A stretch of DNA of 64,000 bases from Tubiluchus corallicola (taxonomy: Eukaryota > Animalia > Priapulida). Both the position numbers and the translations under genes were made by a program. The notes beneath the pieces are model-generated. The model was not told the origin of the DNA. It was given only the letters and a program-made list of their open reading frames with translations, and searched no databases. Below, piece by piece: positions 28,901 through 42,290 of the stretch. Where the stretch lies: positions 496,001 to 560,000 of the forward strand of contig JAQGDQ010000029.1 in assembly GCA_030141605.1 (NCBI GenBank), read 5' to 3'. Each line of letters starts with the position of its first letter. Position 1 is the first letter of the stretch.

Positions 28901-31900
28901 CGATATGGAATAATGGGGTGCAAGAGATGCAAAATAAAAAAAACAGAAACTCATGAAAGGTTATGAATGTGAAGATGTGGTGACAAAGCTGGTGAAACGA
29001 AGGAGAATGAAAGGATGTGATGATTAGAATAAGCATTGGAATTTGCATTAATGGGCCATAGCAACGAACTGCGCAATGCACAAGAGGAGACAACCGCGCA
29101 CACCTAACAGGTGACGAATTAATTTACTGTTTCTTACTTCTTTATGTTTAGAAGTAAGAAGTACTATATTAATTCGTCACACATTAGGTGACGTTTCAAA
29201 ATATAAACAAAAAATGCCTTATTTCACCATGTTGTTGAACCACCATTTCACAATAAAAATCAGGAAATTAAACACAAAGAGCGATCTCTAAAACTCAATT
29301 CCACAAAAGCAATAATGCGGCTTTAACTTACGTATAAATCGGTATAATTGCACTTCTTCTATAAAATACATAACAGATTGTTGCGTCATAGTTTTAAAAA
29401 AGCATAGCATTTCAGCTTTTTTTCAGTAATACCAAACAGATTACTTGTAGTGTTGACTGTTTTGTAGTTTGTACATCCTTTCCTTATTTCCTGAAAGGTG
29501 CCATTTCGCAATTGTCAAACATGCGAATGTTGAGCAAAAACAAACAGCCAGCGATTTCTGTTCTACCTCACGACCCACGCACTCCTGCCACAGAGCTTCT
29601 TCGACCTAAAATGTGATTTATGGCACAGGAAAAGAATGATGCAACTGGGAAAGTAGTAAAGCGGCACATAATTATGTGATTTTGATGCAACTGATTTCTG
29701 TAATAAAACTTGAAACCGCACAGTAGAAAGCAGATCTCTGCCAAAACCAAACAATCCTATATTTCTTTGTCTGATCCTTTTGATTAAAAAAATTAACACA
29801 AAGATAAACAAGCAAACAAACAAAAAATCACCTGTATTGGTATTATTATAGAGTATAGACTAGCAAAATACTCTACCTTTTTAACCATTAATTTTGGCGA
29901 TAGTAATAGGCTGACATAATTTTATGCATATTTACATACAAAGTCAGTTTAGAAGACTATATATATTAATAAGCAAAGGTTATAGGCAGACAGAGTTACA
30001 CAGTTTTCCAAACGAGAAGTTCCAGAAATGCAACCTGGAACTAATTCGTTGTTATTTGTCCAGGTGAAGATAACAAAAAATAATTACTAAACACTCCCTC
30101 TGGGACCTCCACAAAGTACTACACGAATATGTTTTTTGAAACGTGGTATTCGGTCAAGTTTTACAAAAAAAGAACTGGAGAAAAAAATTCCCATTTTGGC
30201 ACTCTATACCCGCCTTTCTTCACAAAGTTTCTTGGAAATCTGCTAGATAGTTTTTGCTTAAAAGGATTACTGCCATAACAGATAAAAAACAACCAGACAA
30301 ACTATGTTCAAGCATGACTTCCTTGACGCAGTGAAAAAATAACTGAATAATTGTCTCCCACTGTAGCCCTAACCCTAATCACATATATTTTACTAAGTGT
30401 GCTGCTTTTCCCGTGCCATTTTTAACTACTTCCACTCATGCAAACACATCCCACGCAGCATCACATTTCGTCTTGGAGCCCAAATTGTTTGATCCCATGC
30501 CCAGAAATGGATTACTGGCTGAGTAGACGGTCAAAGCCGTGACCCCTTAACTATCCAAATGATGGCATTTTAATCACTGGAAAATGTCCAAGGCTAAAGT
30601 TATAGACTCATGTAGCAAAACTTTCCGTGGGTCAACACAAGAATGACCAATGAGTTTTTTACCCATGGTTTTTCATTCGACACCAACGTTTAAAGAGACT
30701 CTAAAAGTGACATCAATTTTAATCAATGGAAAGGTTGCTCAGAAGTAGTGTTGACAAGCCACTTGCTAGACGTTACTAGGCACGCATATTGCATGTCTCG
30801 AGACTGCAACATGCTAAACTCTGTACAGCCTCTAGTTTTTTACTGGATAAATTGCATGCTGTGTTTACCTACCTTGAAGGCAGTTTGTTCTGTTTTAGAA
30901 TACTGCTTGCTCAATATGCCTGTGATACACCTAAAGGGCGTATGATAATGAATGAGAGACACAAAGTTAAAAAGGGTGCCTAATCATTCTATGGCCGGCT
31001 TACATAAAGAAAAGACCAATGACAGTAATTTTATCCGCGGTTTTTTTCAGTTTTTTCGACGTTTAAAGATGGCTACAGACAAGAAGCACTTAATCAATTC
31101 AACAGCAATGTTTAAAGTTGGCTACAGAAAAGTGGCAACTAATCAATGAAAAAAGTTCAAAGATGTCAAATTATTCTTTTGGTTGCTCACATGCAGAAAA
31201 TACCCAATGAGAGCAATTTTGTTCAATTTCGCAGATAATGTATATGTATACTAATTTGCTAACTATACTAAAAATTACTAAATCAGATTAATGATAATAA
31301 AACCAAAACAAGCCAAACATACGCAATGTCCAACACAAACAAATCCAGTCAAGTTTAAAACAAAAAATGCTATTTTAAATTTACTACCGAATAAAAATTC
31401 AGTGATTGATTCTTAAGATGCTAAAGCAGTCTAAATACTCAAATCTGATCTCATTCATTAGCACCATCATTAAAAATAACTTAATAATTATGCATCAGGT
31501 TGAAATTGTACAGTTTTAAATTCCTAAATAAAGGTGGCATAATTTAACAAGACATAATTCACACAAAAAGAGAGTACGATTTACAGTATATGAGTATGCA
31601 TGTGTATCAAGTTACCCAACAAACTTCGTTATAACAGATGGCAATATAATTTTATGCAATATTTGATCATGTCCAAATTTTGCACTGGAAACCAATAAAA
31701 TAGATAACTTTGAGAATGAAATGCTAAAGCAGCATAATATAACCACACAAGTCAAGTGTCCTTTAATGCCATGACATCTTGTAACAATTATCATTATTAG
31801 CACCAGGAAAATCAATGTAGCAAAACAAAAAAAAATCATGAATAAGATGCAGTTTTGTTAATTTTCACATTGGCAATGTTTTTAAACTAACAATGTCACA

Positions 31901-32878
31901 GTTCAGTGATAGATATTTTTCCCAAAAAGTTTGATGCATCCAAGAAGTATCCGTGTTCATCAGAGGTTTATTTGCTATAAAAAGAGATAAAGAAGTTGAC
32001 AGACTTATGCCCTCAAAGGTTAACGTTTAAACTGTTTAAGTTTATACTGAACTGAAAAGTGCTTGAAATCGATGATAAATAATAATATTAAAAATATCAA
32101 TGTACATGCATATAATTACGTTCACATTGCAATTAAATAACGCATAATAACATCTACCTACAAATTATTTATTTTTATGATATAATTAACATCATACTTT
32201 CAGCAATGTTTGCAGAAAAAGAATATACAATAATAAAATGTACTTCAGGAAAACGGGCCTAGTCAATCATAATTCAGCTCATCTAGCATAATCGGTGCAA
32301 ATGAAAATGTCAACAAAGACAAAAGAGCAAAACTAATGAGGAATCCTTGCTATAATAGTACTAGCTCAAGAAAAATGACTCCATTAGGTTACATAGTTTT
32401 TTGGGCAGTTTTGTCACATTTCCCGCTCTACGGGACTTGTCTGTTTACACTTTCTGATTGAAACCTAGTACTTCATTCCAGAGCTATCTAGTGACTGTTT
32501 TCAAAGGTTTGAGTAAAACTGGCTTTTATGGCATCATCAAAAAAATCGTTTCTATCGAACTACTCAAAAATGTACAACAATTTTATTTATCCTACTACCA
32601 ATAATGGAAATGCCTAGGGACTATAACACACTACTACTATAATTATGATGACTTTAAAATTTATAACATTAAAAGCTTGATTCAATTGAAAGCTGCAACT
32701 CAGACCAGTGAGTACCTTCACAGCAATGTTTAATGTTGCATGCATTTCACTCGGATATCGAGAGCTAGCTTGAAAAGTGTCTAAAAAACTTCAAGTCATA
32801 ATCTTGTCAATGAGTGCACGTCTTGACTGAAGGAACCACGTTATGTCACTCGGATCTTATCTGTTTGTTTCTCTGACA

Positions 32879-35337
32879 TCAAATTGTGACCATAGAAGTT
32901 GAAGTTGGAGGAGAAGATGATCTGTTGTCCGGTCCCTGTGCATTTAGCTGTGTCCAAGTATCACCTAGAGCCTTAGCGAAATGATCATCTACGCTACCTG
33001 CATGCAAAAACAATTCAGTAAGTAAATAAAGTATCATCAAAATGTGCCTAAGTATCACTAATCAATCAGTTATATCTTTATTAAAACTATGTACTAATTA
33101 TAATGCCACATACGCAAAACTACTGGTGGTCCTTAAAATAGTTCAACTAAAAGGTCTGTTTGCACAAAAATATTGATGCACAACCTTGCAAGTTTTTTCA
33201 GAACCTGTTAGCATAACTTGCAAATTACCAATTAGCCACCAACAGAAACTCATGTTACCTTTCCCATTGACAGAGAATGACTGCAATTAAGCTTGCATAA
33301 TTATGTGACTTTGGCCTTAGATTTGCAAACTATTAAAGTACTGCCAGTGTATGCTGGAATTTTGGGTGGGTATGTTCCAGATTTTAAAAAGTTTAAAAGC
33401 ACCCAATTTGTTCCTTATTCCATAAACATAACGTGTTATCTGTGATTTGCATAGAGCTACGGATTTTTGACTCACCAGTCACTGATATAGCATTAGATAA
33501 ACTAGGGGCCATGTTGGAAACAAGACATTCTGGGTAGTCTTTTCCTAATGACCTTCGAAAGTGCTCTTCAATCACAGGATCACATAAGCCTGAAAAAAAC
33601 GGTTGTTTCGTTTGTAAGATTTTCCATCGTTATAAACACATTTGGCAGCTTCACTCTATTCGTTCCAAGCAAGCACTCATTTCCTACTAGGGAAAACCAG
33701 TGCGTTATTATTTGCGTAAATAATAAGTTGACTGACTGTAAGAGGCTGGACTACTTATGCGTACTCAGCAATAGCATTTTATAGAAACTTATAACAGATC
33801 TTATTGCCAATTTTAATCGAATTAATTATGACTTTCTGACTACTTTGTTTTAGATGGCAACCCTATCAATAGCTAAGTTTGTCTGTTTTGCATTTTGGAA
33901 TGCATAAACTTGCTTTTATGTCAAACATGTGCAAGAGATGTTGTAACTGGTGTGTCACACGAACTGAACATATCAAACTTGCCACATGCCATTGTCACCA
34001 CCCAAAATGAAAATTAAAATTACTGAAAGCTGATTAGGTGATCTCATCCACTGTCTTTCTGCAGTGATAGAATCCTTGATTTCCAAATAATAGGTCTGAC
34101 AGGACACACAGTTTACATACAACCATACAGGTAGGTGGACAGAGTCAACTGGCAGGCAGACAGGCAGGCAAACAGTATGCATCTAATAGCAGTATACCGG
34201 TCAGTATTTCTCGCCGATGTCCTTGTTGAGACGTGTTGGCATCACTGCTTGATTGTCGCAAGTCTAGTGGTTTTACCTGCCCTCCTTGTGACGGTGGTAC
34301 AATGACAGACGGCCGCTCCTGTCTGGGTAGGCTGTCTGCAGTTGCATGCGTCCGCAAGTTCGATTCTTCAACTAATGATTGTATGTCATGAGTCCCACTT
34401 AGTGCTCTATAATGAAACAGAGATCATGGATAAAATGTTAATCGTATAATTAAATATTGCAAAAAATATGTATATGTTTATGGTGCACAATCGGGGCATA
34501 TTTACCATTTGCACCCTAGGCGCTAAATTTTAAATTGTGCCAAATTTTTAGGGGCTCAGTGTTAAAAACTTTTTATTGCTCTTGAAAATGCGCATCATTC
34601 AATATTTCATTTAAAAAGCGCGTATTTTATAACACACCACAAGCAGTTACTCCATTGCTTCTACATAAATACAGTGTAACAAACAACTGCAACTTGTAAG
34701 ACGTCACGGCTGAGCCTATACTTTCTAATATATGGCACCTGGTATCGTATTTATTGACTTCAAACACTCATCCGCTTTTGCTTGGCAGGCTTAGATATAA
34801 TCACTGTGGAAATGCAGGTAATTAATAAAAAAAAACACGTAGATACTTAGTCTAGGTAATAGTGCTACTAATTCACCACGAGTACACTATTACCAATACA
34901 CCACAAGTAATCAAGTTCAGCTGATAATATTCAAACAGTCCTAACAGAATGCGTGAACCTAGGGTGTCGTAATATTTTTGCCCCTGCGTGTAATGAATGA
35001 TCATGCAGAAGTAAGAGAAGCCTGTACGTTTGTGTGCCAGCGCATTTCCTATTAAGTTTGTTGCAATGTTCGTCATCGAAGTTTAGCACTTGTGCCATTT
35101 CTCGTCTCTCCCTGTTTCTGGCAACTTTGTTTGATTTAGTCGGCAGATCTTTTGAGTCGACGTTTGTGTTATTCCTTCTGTTATCGTCTGCAAAACATAT
35201 GTACGCAACTATTTTAACTTTAGATTAATTAACATTCCAGACATCAGATAACGATAACGATTATCAGCATCACCATTAACAGCACAACAGTAATGGCAAC
35301 AGCAGCAGTAACACACCTAGTGACGACGACGACGACG

Positions 35338-35370
<33 letters not shown>

Positions 35371-37212
35371 GTAGCAATAATGGAATGCTAAGAGCAATTT
35401 CAGTATGACATGCATTTTTTACGTAAAAACCACACTAGCCTACAGGCAGCATGCAACTCTTGGTAAAGATCAAAGACCATGGAACAGCAACATGGAATCA
35501 AATCGCCTCAGACTTTTTCTTATTGTGATATCTGCTTCAAGTAAGGCTCTACCGACAGCATCATCAAAATCCCGTTATCACACAGGCTATTAGCCCACAG
35601 GAGGAGACTATTGCTGTTTTGGCAGTTTTTCCTTATACTTAAGAAGGTTTGGATAGATTGTTACACGTATTGACAGGTTTTCACTTTTAGACGTGGCATT
35701 TCCTAGACGTAGGAACTAATGATATATAAAATAGAACTTAAAGGTACAGGACTTTTGAATATTGGCAATTTTGGACACGATAAGTTAAATTTCTGGCAAG
35801 TTTGATTGGTAATTTTGGACACGATAAGTTAAATTTCTGGCAAGTTTACAACAGGCATGTTTAACTACAAAAAGTTTGGACACACAAAAATCTGGGTACA
35901 AAACACGGACATTAGGAATTCTGGATACGAATTCCCCTACATAAAGTTTAGATACAAAGCAATTTGGACGCGAGAAAATTTGGAAATGAAAGCCTGTGCG
36001 TAAGAGAGTTTAGATAAGGACATTCAGTCTCAGTGCAACTCAGCTCACAACAGCTTTACTAAAATCAGGTTCACCTAAACTCATCTCAGCTTAGTATACG
36101 TCTGCTCGCTTCAACACTACTCAGTTAGCTAACATGTTTCAAGTCAACTAAATGACTCAATTCAGCTTAACTCAGCTCAAGCTGAACTCAACCCTCAATA
36201 CAAGGTTTAACTCCTTACAAACAAACTTCAATAAAAAAAGGTTGTGCAGGCGAGACGAATGCTGGGCGAGTTCTCAAAATTAATCGATACGTCTAAACTA
36301 TCATTTTTGATTTAGATTACTATTAAAGCAACGTTCGCATCATGTATCATGATGTATGTCCGAACATCTTACCATATAGCATACGAGCTATATGGCTAGT
36401 ACCAAAATACTTTGTATTCAAACTGTCCTGGAACTATTTGTTTTTTTTTACTAAGTCGCATCTGTTCAAATGTTTTTAAGCAGCACAAAGACAGAAAAGA
36501 GTGTCCAACTTCTGTGTGTCCAGTTTGCCTTGTATCAGGATCTCCACAGAAAGAAACAAACTTCTTTTTAACCTGTCTGTTATCCAAACAGCCTTACTCA
36601 CAAGGCCAAAAAGTGTTCTGTGACCAAACTGCAAAAAAGGCCCAAATGCTTCCAAAAGTTTTCCAAAAATGTAAAGTACTCCAAACGGACTCAACCTAAT
36701 TTTTGAAAACACAGTTAAAATAGCGTCAGAGTCGGTTGTAAATTCAGAAAATTGAGAAAAATCTCAAGTGCAGAAGACAGCGGTTACGGTTAAATTGTAA
36801 ACCACTATGTGGAACGAACATGCATCGAGGACAGCCGCATTATGTATGTAACGACTTCCCAAAAATACACAGAACAACAACTTTTACGTGACCTACAAAG
36901 CAACCTTGAACAAATAGCACTAGCGCAGTTAACAAACGATTATTTGGAATAAAACACCAGCTACACAGAAAGTGCAACAAAGTATTGAACTCAATCACAC
37001 AAGCAATGCCAATCAACAACCGGTATATGGGGCTCGAATTAAGAATGTTCAAGAATTCTTGTGCTTTTAACAACTTGTCTGATCTGACAGACAGACAGAC
37101 AGACAGACAGACGACAGACAGATAGACAAAGGTGGAGGAAAAGGAAAAAGGAAAAAGAGCGAGATAGAAGCATTAGAAGGGTGGAAAGGAACAGAGGCTG
37201 AGTGGGAGATGC

Positions 37213-37280
<68 letters not shown>

Positions 37281-37347
37281 GGGAGAGAGAGGGAGAGAGA
37301 GGGAGAGAGGGAGAGAGGGAGAGAGGGAGAGAGAGGGAGAGAGGGAG

Positions 37348-37389
<42 letters not shown>

Positions 37390-39012
37390 GGGAGGAGAGG
37401 AGAAAGAAGGCGAAGGAGGAGAAGAGAGGGAAGAGAAGAGAAGGGTGATAATTTATTGGTGTTCTAACACTATTCTGTATAGATTTTGATTTTTGATTGA
37501 ATATCTTTATTGACATAAACATATGATAATAACAATGTAATAATTCATGTGTTAATTAATACTGTAAAATGTTATTAAAGCTGTTTCCAGCCCACTTGGG
37601 CTTACAAGTCAATTTCATGAAAATTTATCACATAATAACTGTGCAGTTCATTTACATAGAATATCAAATAAAAGAAAATATATAATATGGAATTTTAACA
37701 TATACCTGAATGGACAAGTCATGTATTAAATATATATCTTGTTTTGCCTCATTCTAAAAATCTTATAAGCATATTTTGCAGTCCTAAGGACATTCTCTTC
37801 TGACATAATATATTTCCATTTATTTACATTATCTAATTGTTCCGGGTCCATGTTAATATCTTGGAAAAATTCTTCTCTCTCTAGTCTATAATGTGTACAA
37901 ACAAACATAAAGTGAGATTCATCCTCTACATCTCCACAGCAACATATCTTACACAAACGTTCACCAACCTTAACATTTCTAAACCTACCATGCTCCAGTT
38001 CCAGGGGAAGAGTACCACTTCTTAGCTTTGCAAGCACAGACCTGTATTTTCCTTGCATATTAATATAAACATATGGTTCTACTCCAAAGCTGTTCTTATA
38101 CAATATATATGTTCTAAGTTTAGGGTAATCTGCATTTTTTGCTTTCCAATCAACACAGTGTTTCTCATACAGCTGTGCCCATGCTCTGCTAAGAGGTACA
38201 GTATCCATATTAACAAAAGCTTGCTGGTATAGAACTAAGAAAAGTATGGTATGGGTACTGAAATAAATAAGTTTCTTGTTTTTGTGTTCATAGTTAAGTA
38301 AGCCAAGATCGTAAGCTTACAAGACTTAGTTCTGCTAGAAATGTGATTTTAACCTGCTTACTAAATTCTCAGCAGTCCATGTATACAGGGAGGCATAACT
38401 AAAGCAGGGGGTGCAAACCCGAGGCACGTACCCCCAAGCAGCTTATAGGAACCGTATGCTGCAAATTTTGTCTCGCAAAAATCTGTACATGCGCTGCACT
38501 GACTTAACTTCTTTTACGTTTTTATATTTGTTTTAAAATAAAAGAGACAGATCCATAAAGCTGCATTTGTCTTGTCACTGCTGAATGGCGTTATACGAGT
38601 ATACTTTTCGAAAGTGTTTATGAAACTAGTACCGCCACCTACTTAACAGAAATTATTCAAGCTAAAGCACTTGAAACAATAGGGACCGACAAGAAAAAGC
38701 TAGCTGCAACCAATTAGTTCTCGGAGGACGTATATTTTGGAGGGACAAATATACATCTCTGTCGGTGCAGCACGTACGCAGGTCTACCTTAAATACATGT
38801 ATCTCAAATAATTATCTCCGACAATCCCAAATTGAGTGTGACAGAATATTAAACAGCAAAGCTACTTTAAGATGCGCGAAGCCTAAAGTTTGTGTGCTTT
38901 ACTACGTATGAATGTAAATCGCCGAGTTACCTTTGTCTGTCCAAGATAGCCAAGAATCGTCAGGCATTGGTTCCGGGATCAGACATTCGTCTCGTCTTTC
39001 TCTCATCCTCAT
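32879..39012 (-). CDS. VGLL4: Vestigial-like 4 / Tgi transcription cofactor; exons 39012-38931, 35187-~35028, 34406-34198, 33589-33476, 32997-32879
   Basis: Two Tondu motifs CDPVIEEHFRRSLGKDY and ISVTGSVDDHFAKALGDTW, plus RPSVI and PLDLR; phases are compatible across all junctions. The last three exons are strong; the first exon and the exon-2 donor are less certain. Confidence 0.9.
35761..35847. repeat. Two-copy 44-bp tandem repeat in VGLL4 intron 1
   Basis: attgg(c/t)aattttggacacgataagttaaatttctggcaagttt twice, with decayed tttggacac units continuing to about 36010. Confidence 0.85.
37217..37444. repeat. (GA)n purine microsatellite
   Basis: Long ga/gga run; source of the ERER and SLSL ORFs. 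Confidence 0.95.
37484..38230 (-). mobile_element. 5'-truncated non-LTR retrotransposon (ORF2 C-terminus with CCHC knuckle, 3'UTR and tail)
   Basis: ORF 38208-37726: KLRTYILYKNSFGVEPYV...LAKLRSGTLPLELEHGRF...ERLCKICCCGDVEDESHFMFVC; on the minus strand aataaa is followed by an aatc-type tail near 37490. Confidence 0.85.
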
Positions 39013-39455
39013 CTGGACTGCGTTACACAGTGACGACAATTGCTAACCCGATTTCAGTCCATGTACTTTGATTTCGACAATTTTCTTGCAATTTCGACGT
39101 CCGATTTAAAAAAACGACAAATTCCTGATTTAGAAAATCGTATTTGCAAAAGATCTTTGAAACTTGTAAATATTATTCTTGAGCAATTAAGATTTTGACG
39201 CAAAATCCGATCCTGCACGAAACTTGCTCTGCTGCTGCACAGAAATTTCAAAATTAACCACACAGAATTTTTAGGAGCACCAAATAATCGGGAATATGTA
39301 GAGATTACGGTGATTTACATTAGCAAAAATCACTTTTCGATTTGACTCTTCGTGTTGTTTCTACTGTGGTTGTATCACTAAGAAGTAACTTGCACGTATT
39401 TCTTTACTGGCAAGACCTATTTAAAGACAGCCTGTTTGCCAGCGGTCTGAGGGTC

Positions 39456-39470
39456 GGAATGCATGGAATT
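39456..39470 (+). promoter_or_regulatory. Tandem TEAD/Scalloped (MCAT-like) site upstream of VGLL4
   Basis: GGAATG-cat-GGAATT with a 3-nt spacer about 450 bp 5' of the inferred ATG; an extra AGAATG at 39502. Confidence 0.45.
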
Positions 39471-42139
39471 CGAATCAGCAGCGCTGCATTTAATGCTCCA
39501 AAGAATGCTCGGTATTTAGGGTGCGATGATTTTTACTTGTATGTGAGGGGTAATGGGAACATGTGGGGGCTTTTCGGAAAAGGCTCTAGCCGTATTTACA
39601 CAGTAACTAACCTTCAAAAACCCTGTAACGTTAATGGAACTGTAGTGTCCGTCTGTAAGTAAGAATTTTAATGCGCTGTGCCAAATTATCAATAATTTAA
39701 GAATTCCCCGCCACTTATCCCGCCTACTTTGAATTGACGAAGATGGCGCATGGATCGAAGCACTGTGTGCGAGTGTAGGATAGAGAGGCCGTTCACAGAC
39801 ATTTTTTAGACGTACTTTACTCAGACGAGACTTTGTGGTTAGCTTCAGCGTTGCGAAAAATGTTTTTGAAATATTATTGTTTCTTTCGGTTTGAATGACT
39901 TTTAAATCTTTCCTTCCAGTTAGACAGAATAAACCGCAAAATAAACACAGCTACTGTTTTTTCCGAAAGATATTACCCCCCCCCCCCCCAGTTGCCCTGC
40001 AGGCGGATCCAGACGAATGAAGTTAGACTCAAACAGGGAGCTCTAATACTATTCATGATAGGCCTACTATAAGCTGCTACTTTTAGTCATTTACACGCAT
40101 TACCTTGTGTTTTCTATTTTTCACTTTTAAACAACTTATCTTCTGATTTCACATTTCATTTTTGCTGTTCTGGTGCTAAATTATATTAACTAATTACAAA
40201 AAATTTTAATTGTAAAATGGCTAATTGAAGGTGGAAAACTGTAAGGTTTTTAAATTTTTAAATTAACTTTTTTAAATCGAAAGAAGGATACGCGAAAATC
40301 GGCATACTGAGCTGGGTTTGAACTGACGGCCTTTGAGTTGCAAGTTGGAAAACTTAAAAACCACCAGATAAATTAGATAAGAATTTAGTCTGAACATTAC
40401 GATAATACTATACAATACGTCAAGTCCATAAAAGAAAACCAAAGACTTTCTAAATTATAGATCTGCACGTAATTGTAACAAAAAACATAAAATAAAAAAT
40501 CTAAACGACGAATACCACCAATTGTTCAAAATGTGAACTACAGTATTATATTGTCGTTTTCTAAGTTTTTGAACCATTTATTATTTAACCAGAATGTGTA
40601 TTTATTAACGTGCAGACCCTGTAGACGACAACGGTGGCTGAGATCCTGGGAGAAAAGCTGAGATATTATTAGCGCATTTTTTATAAATAACTGTTAGTTC
40701 CAACGGACATGAACATTAATGCAGAACAATTGGCCACTGCCCCTGACCCCTTGACCACACATTACTGTCCTTTCCCCGCCCAGAGTTACGAACCCTGCTG
40801 TGAGTTTCGTGACCCTAGCTTGCATGCCTAACGAGTTATTCAGCGAAATGTTGGAGGAGAATAAGAATATACAATAGTTACGAAATGTACGTGCTGTCTT
40901 GCATCATTTAGCATTCATGACATTTTGGCTTGTGGTATTTAGTGTGCATTACTAAAATCAAAATACGGTTTGGTAACAGCTGGACAATTTGTACACTAAT
41001 GCTCAAATACTTTTAATAAAAATACATTAAAGTACTGACTGTAGATACTGAAAATACTGTTGAGTCTCTGATCTAGTCATCATTTTTTAATGTTCAAGAA
41101 TTAAAACTTTGTAAACGCGGTTGCGTATTTCATTAATAAAATTTAAATTACAGAATTAGTGCCACGTAAAATACATTGAAAATCGAACCTAAAACGATGG
41201 TTTTTGTGAAACAAACCAAAACCAAATCGAACATAAAATGCAGAACCGCAAGGAGCCGCATCGTAGGCCAAACATTTGTGAGTGCATGCACCGGCCTACT
41301 TTCGGCCAAGGACACTGGTGAAAACTGAACAGTATACGAGTTCACAAATGGAGGACACCATTGTAATTCTGTCGAATTCGTATAGACTATTAATTAGTAA
41401 TAGATTTATGTCTAGAAAACTTAATTTCAGCAGAAATGAAATGTTACAACACTGAAAATATCGTAATTTTACTGCACACTTGAATGTATTATTATAAGTA
41501 TAATTAATAATAAGTATAATTATAATTATAAGTATTATTAATATAATTATTATAAGTCCATGTGCCACGCCGCCGATACCATCTTCATAGATCAAGAAAC
41601 TATAAACAGACTTTCTTTTCATTTTTAACTGGATTATTTATATTTAGAACTTATAGTTTCTTACTGAAGTGCGCATTAGCGTTGCCGAAACGCGTAGAAT
41701 GTAGACTTATGGTTTTTCAAAAAAAAATTATGGTGTCTTAGGGGCCGTTGTAACAAATCAATTTGATTTCTGTTGAATTTAATTAACAGAATTACTATAG
41801 TAGAATTTAATTTAATTGTAAATTACAAGCGTCGTATTTACTTAGGTCTCGTTATGTCTGCAGTAACTAAACTTGATAATAGCGTAAATCGGCCTAAATG
41901 CATTATAGCCTTTGTATACTTGAAGTTTCCGAAAATTTTAAAGAAACGTATATACTCAAGAAAAATATATACGCACCTGCGCCGTCCGTACAGCTGTTAA
42001 TAATTTCCTTTTTGCTTTATTTAGGCTAGTATTATTTTACAAAAGGTTTTCATTAGCTCATACTTAGCTTGGTTCTTAATTTAGAATAATTTTCGTTGAT
42101 GACAGTTAATACATAGATCCTGCTTGCATTCTTTCCATC

Positions 42140-42290
42140 ACTATGGCGAAATGGACATGTTGGAAAGTGTTCAAAGATATTTTACAAGTAGAGTTTTTAT
42201 AGAGGCAACCTAAATGCAGTGACTAATCCTGGAGGACTTGAATTATTGAGCCTAGAGCCACTCGAAAAGAGACTTCTAGAAGTGGTTCAG
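42140..42290 (+). mobile_element. Decayed CR1-type LINE RT C-terminal fragment
   Basis: Translates to DMLESVQRYFTSRV...LELLSLEPLEKRLL with a disrupted frame. Confidence 0.55.

Noticed and set aside
29386-29430. KKLKCYAF as a CaaX prenylation terminus of the MOB1 upstream ORF
   Set aside because: Recounting the T run shows the frame continues to CYAFLKL*, so the Cys is not fourth from the end.
36396-36712. Overlapping Cys-containing ORFs in VGLL4 intron 1
   Set aside because: No recognisable domain or splice support; probably decayed transposon sequence.
37067-37522. ER-rich and SL-rich ORFs
   Set aside because: Translations of the (GA)n microsatellite.
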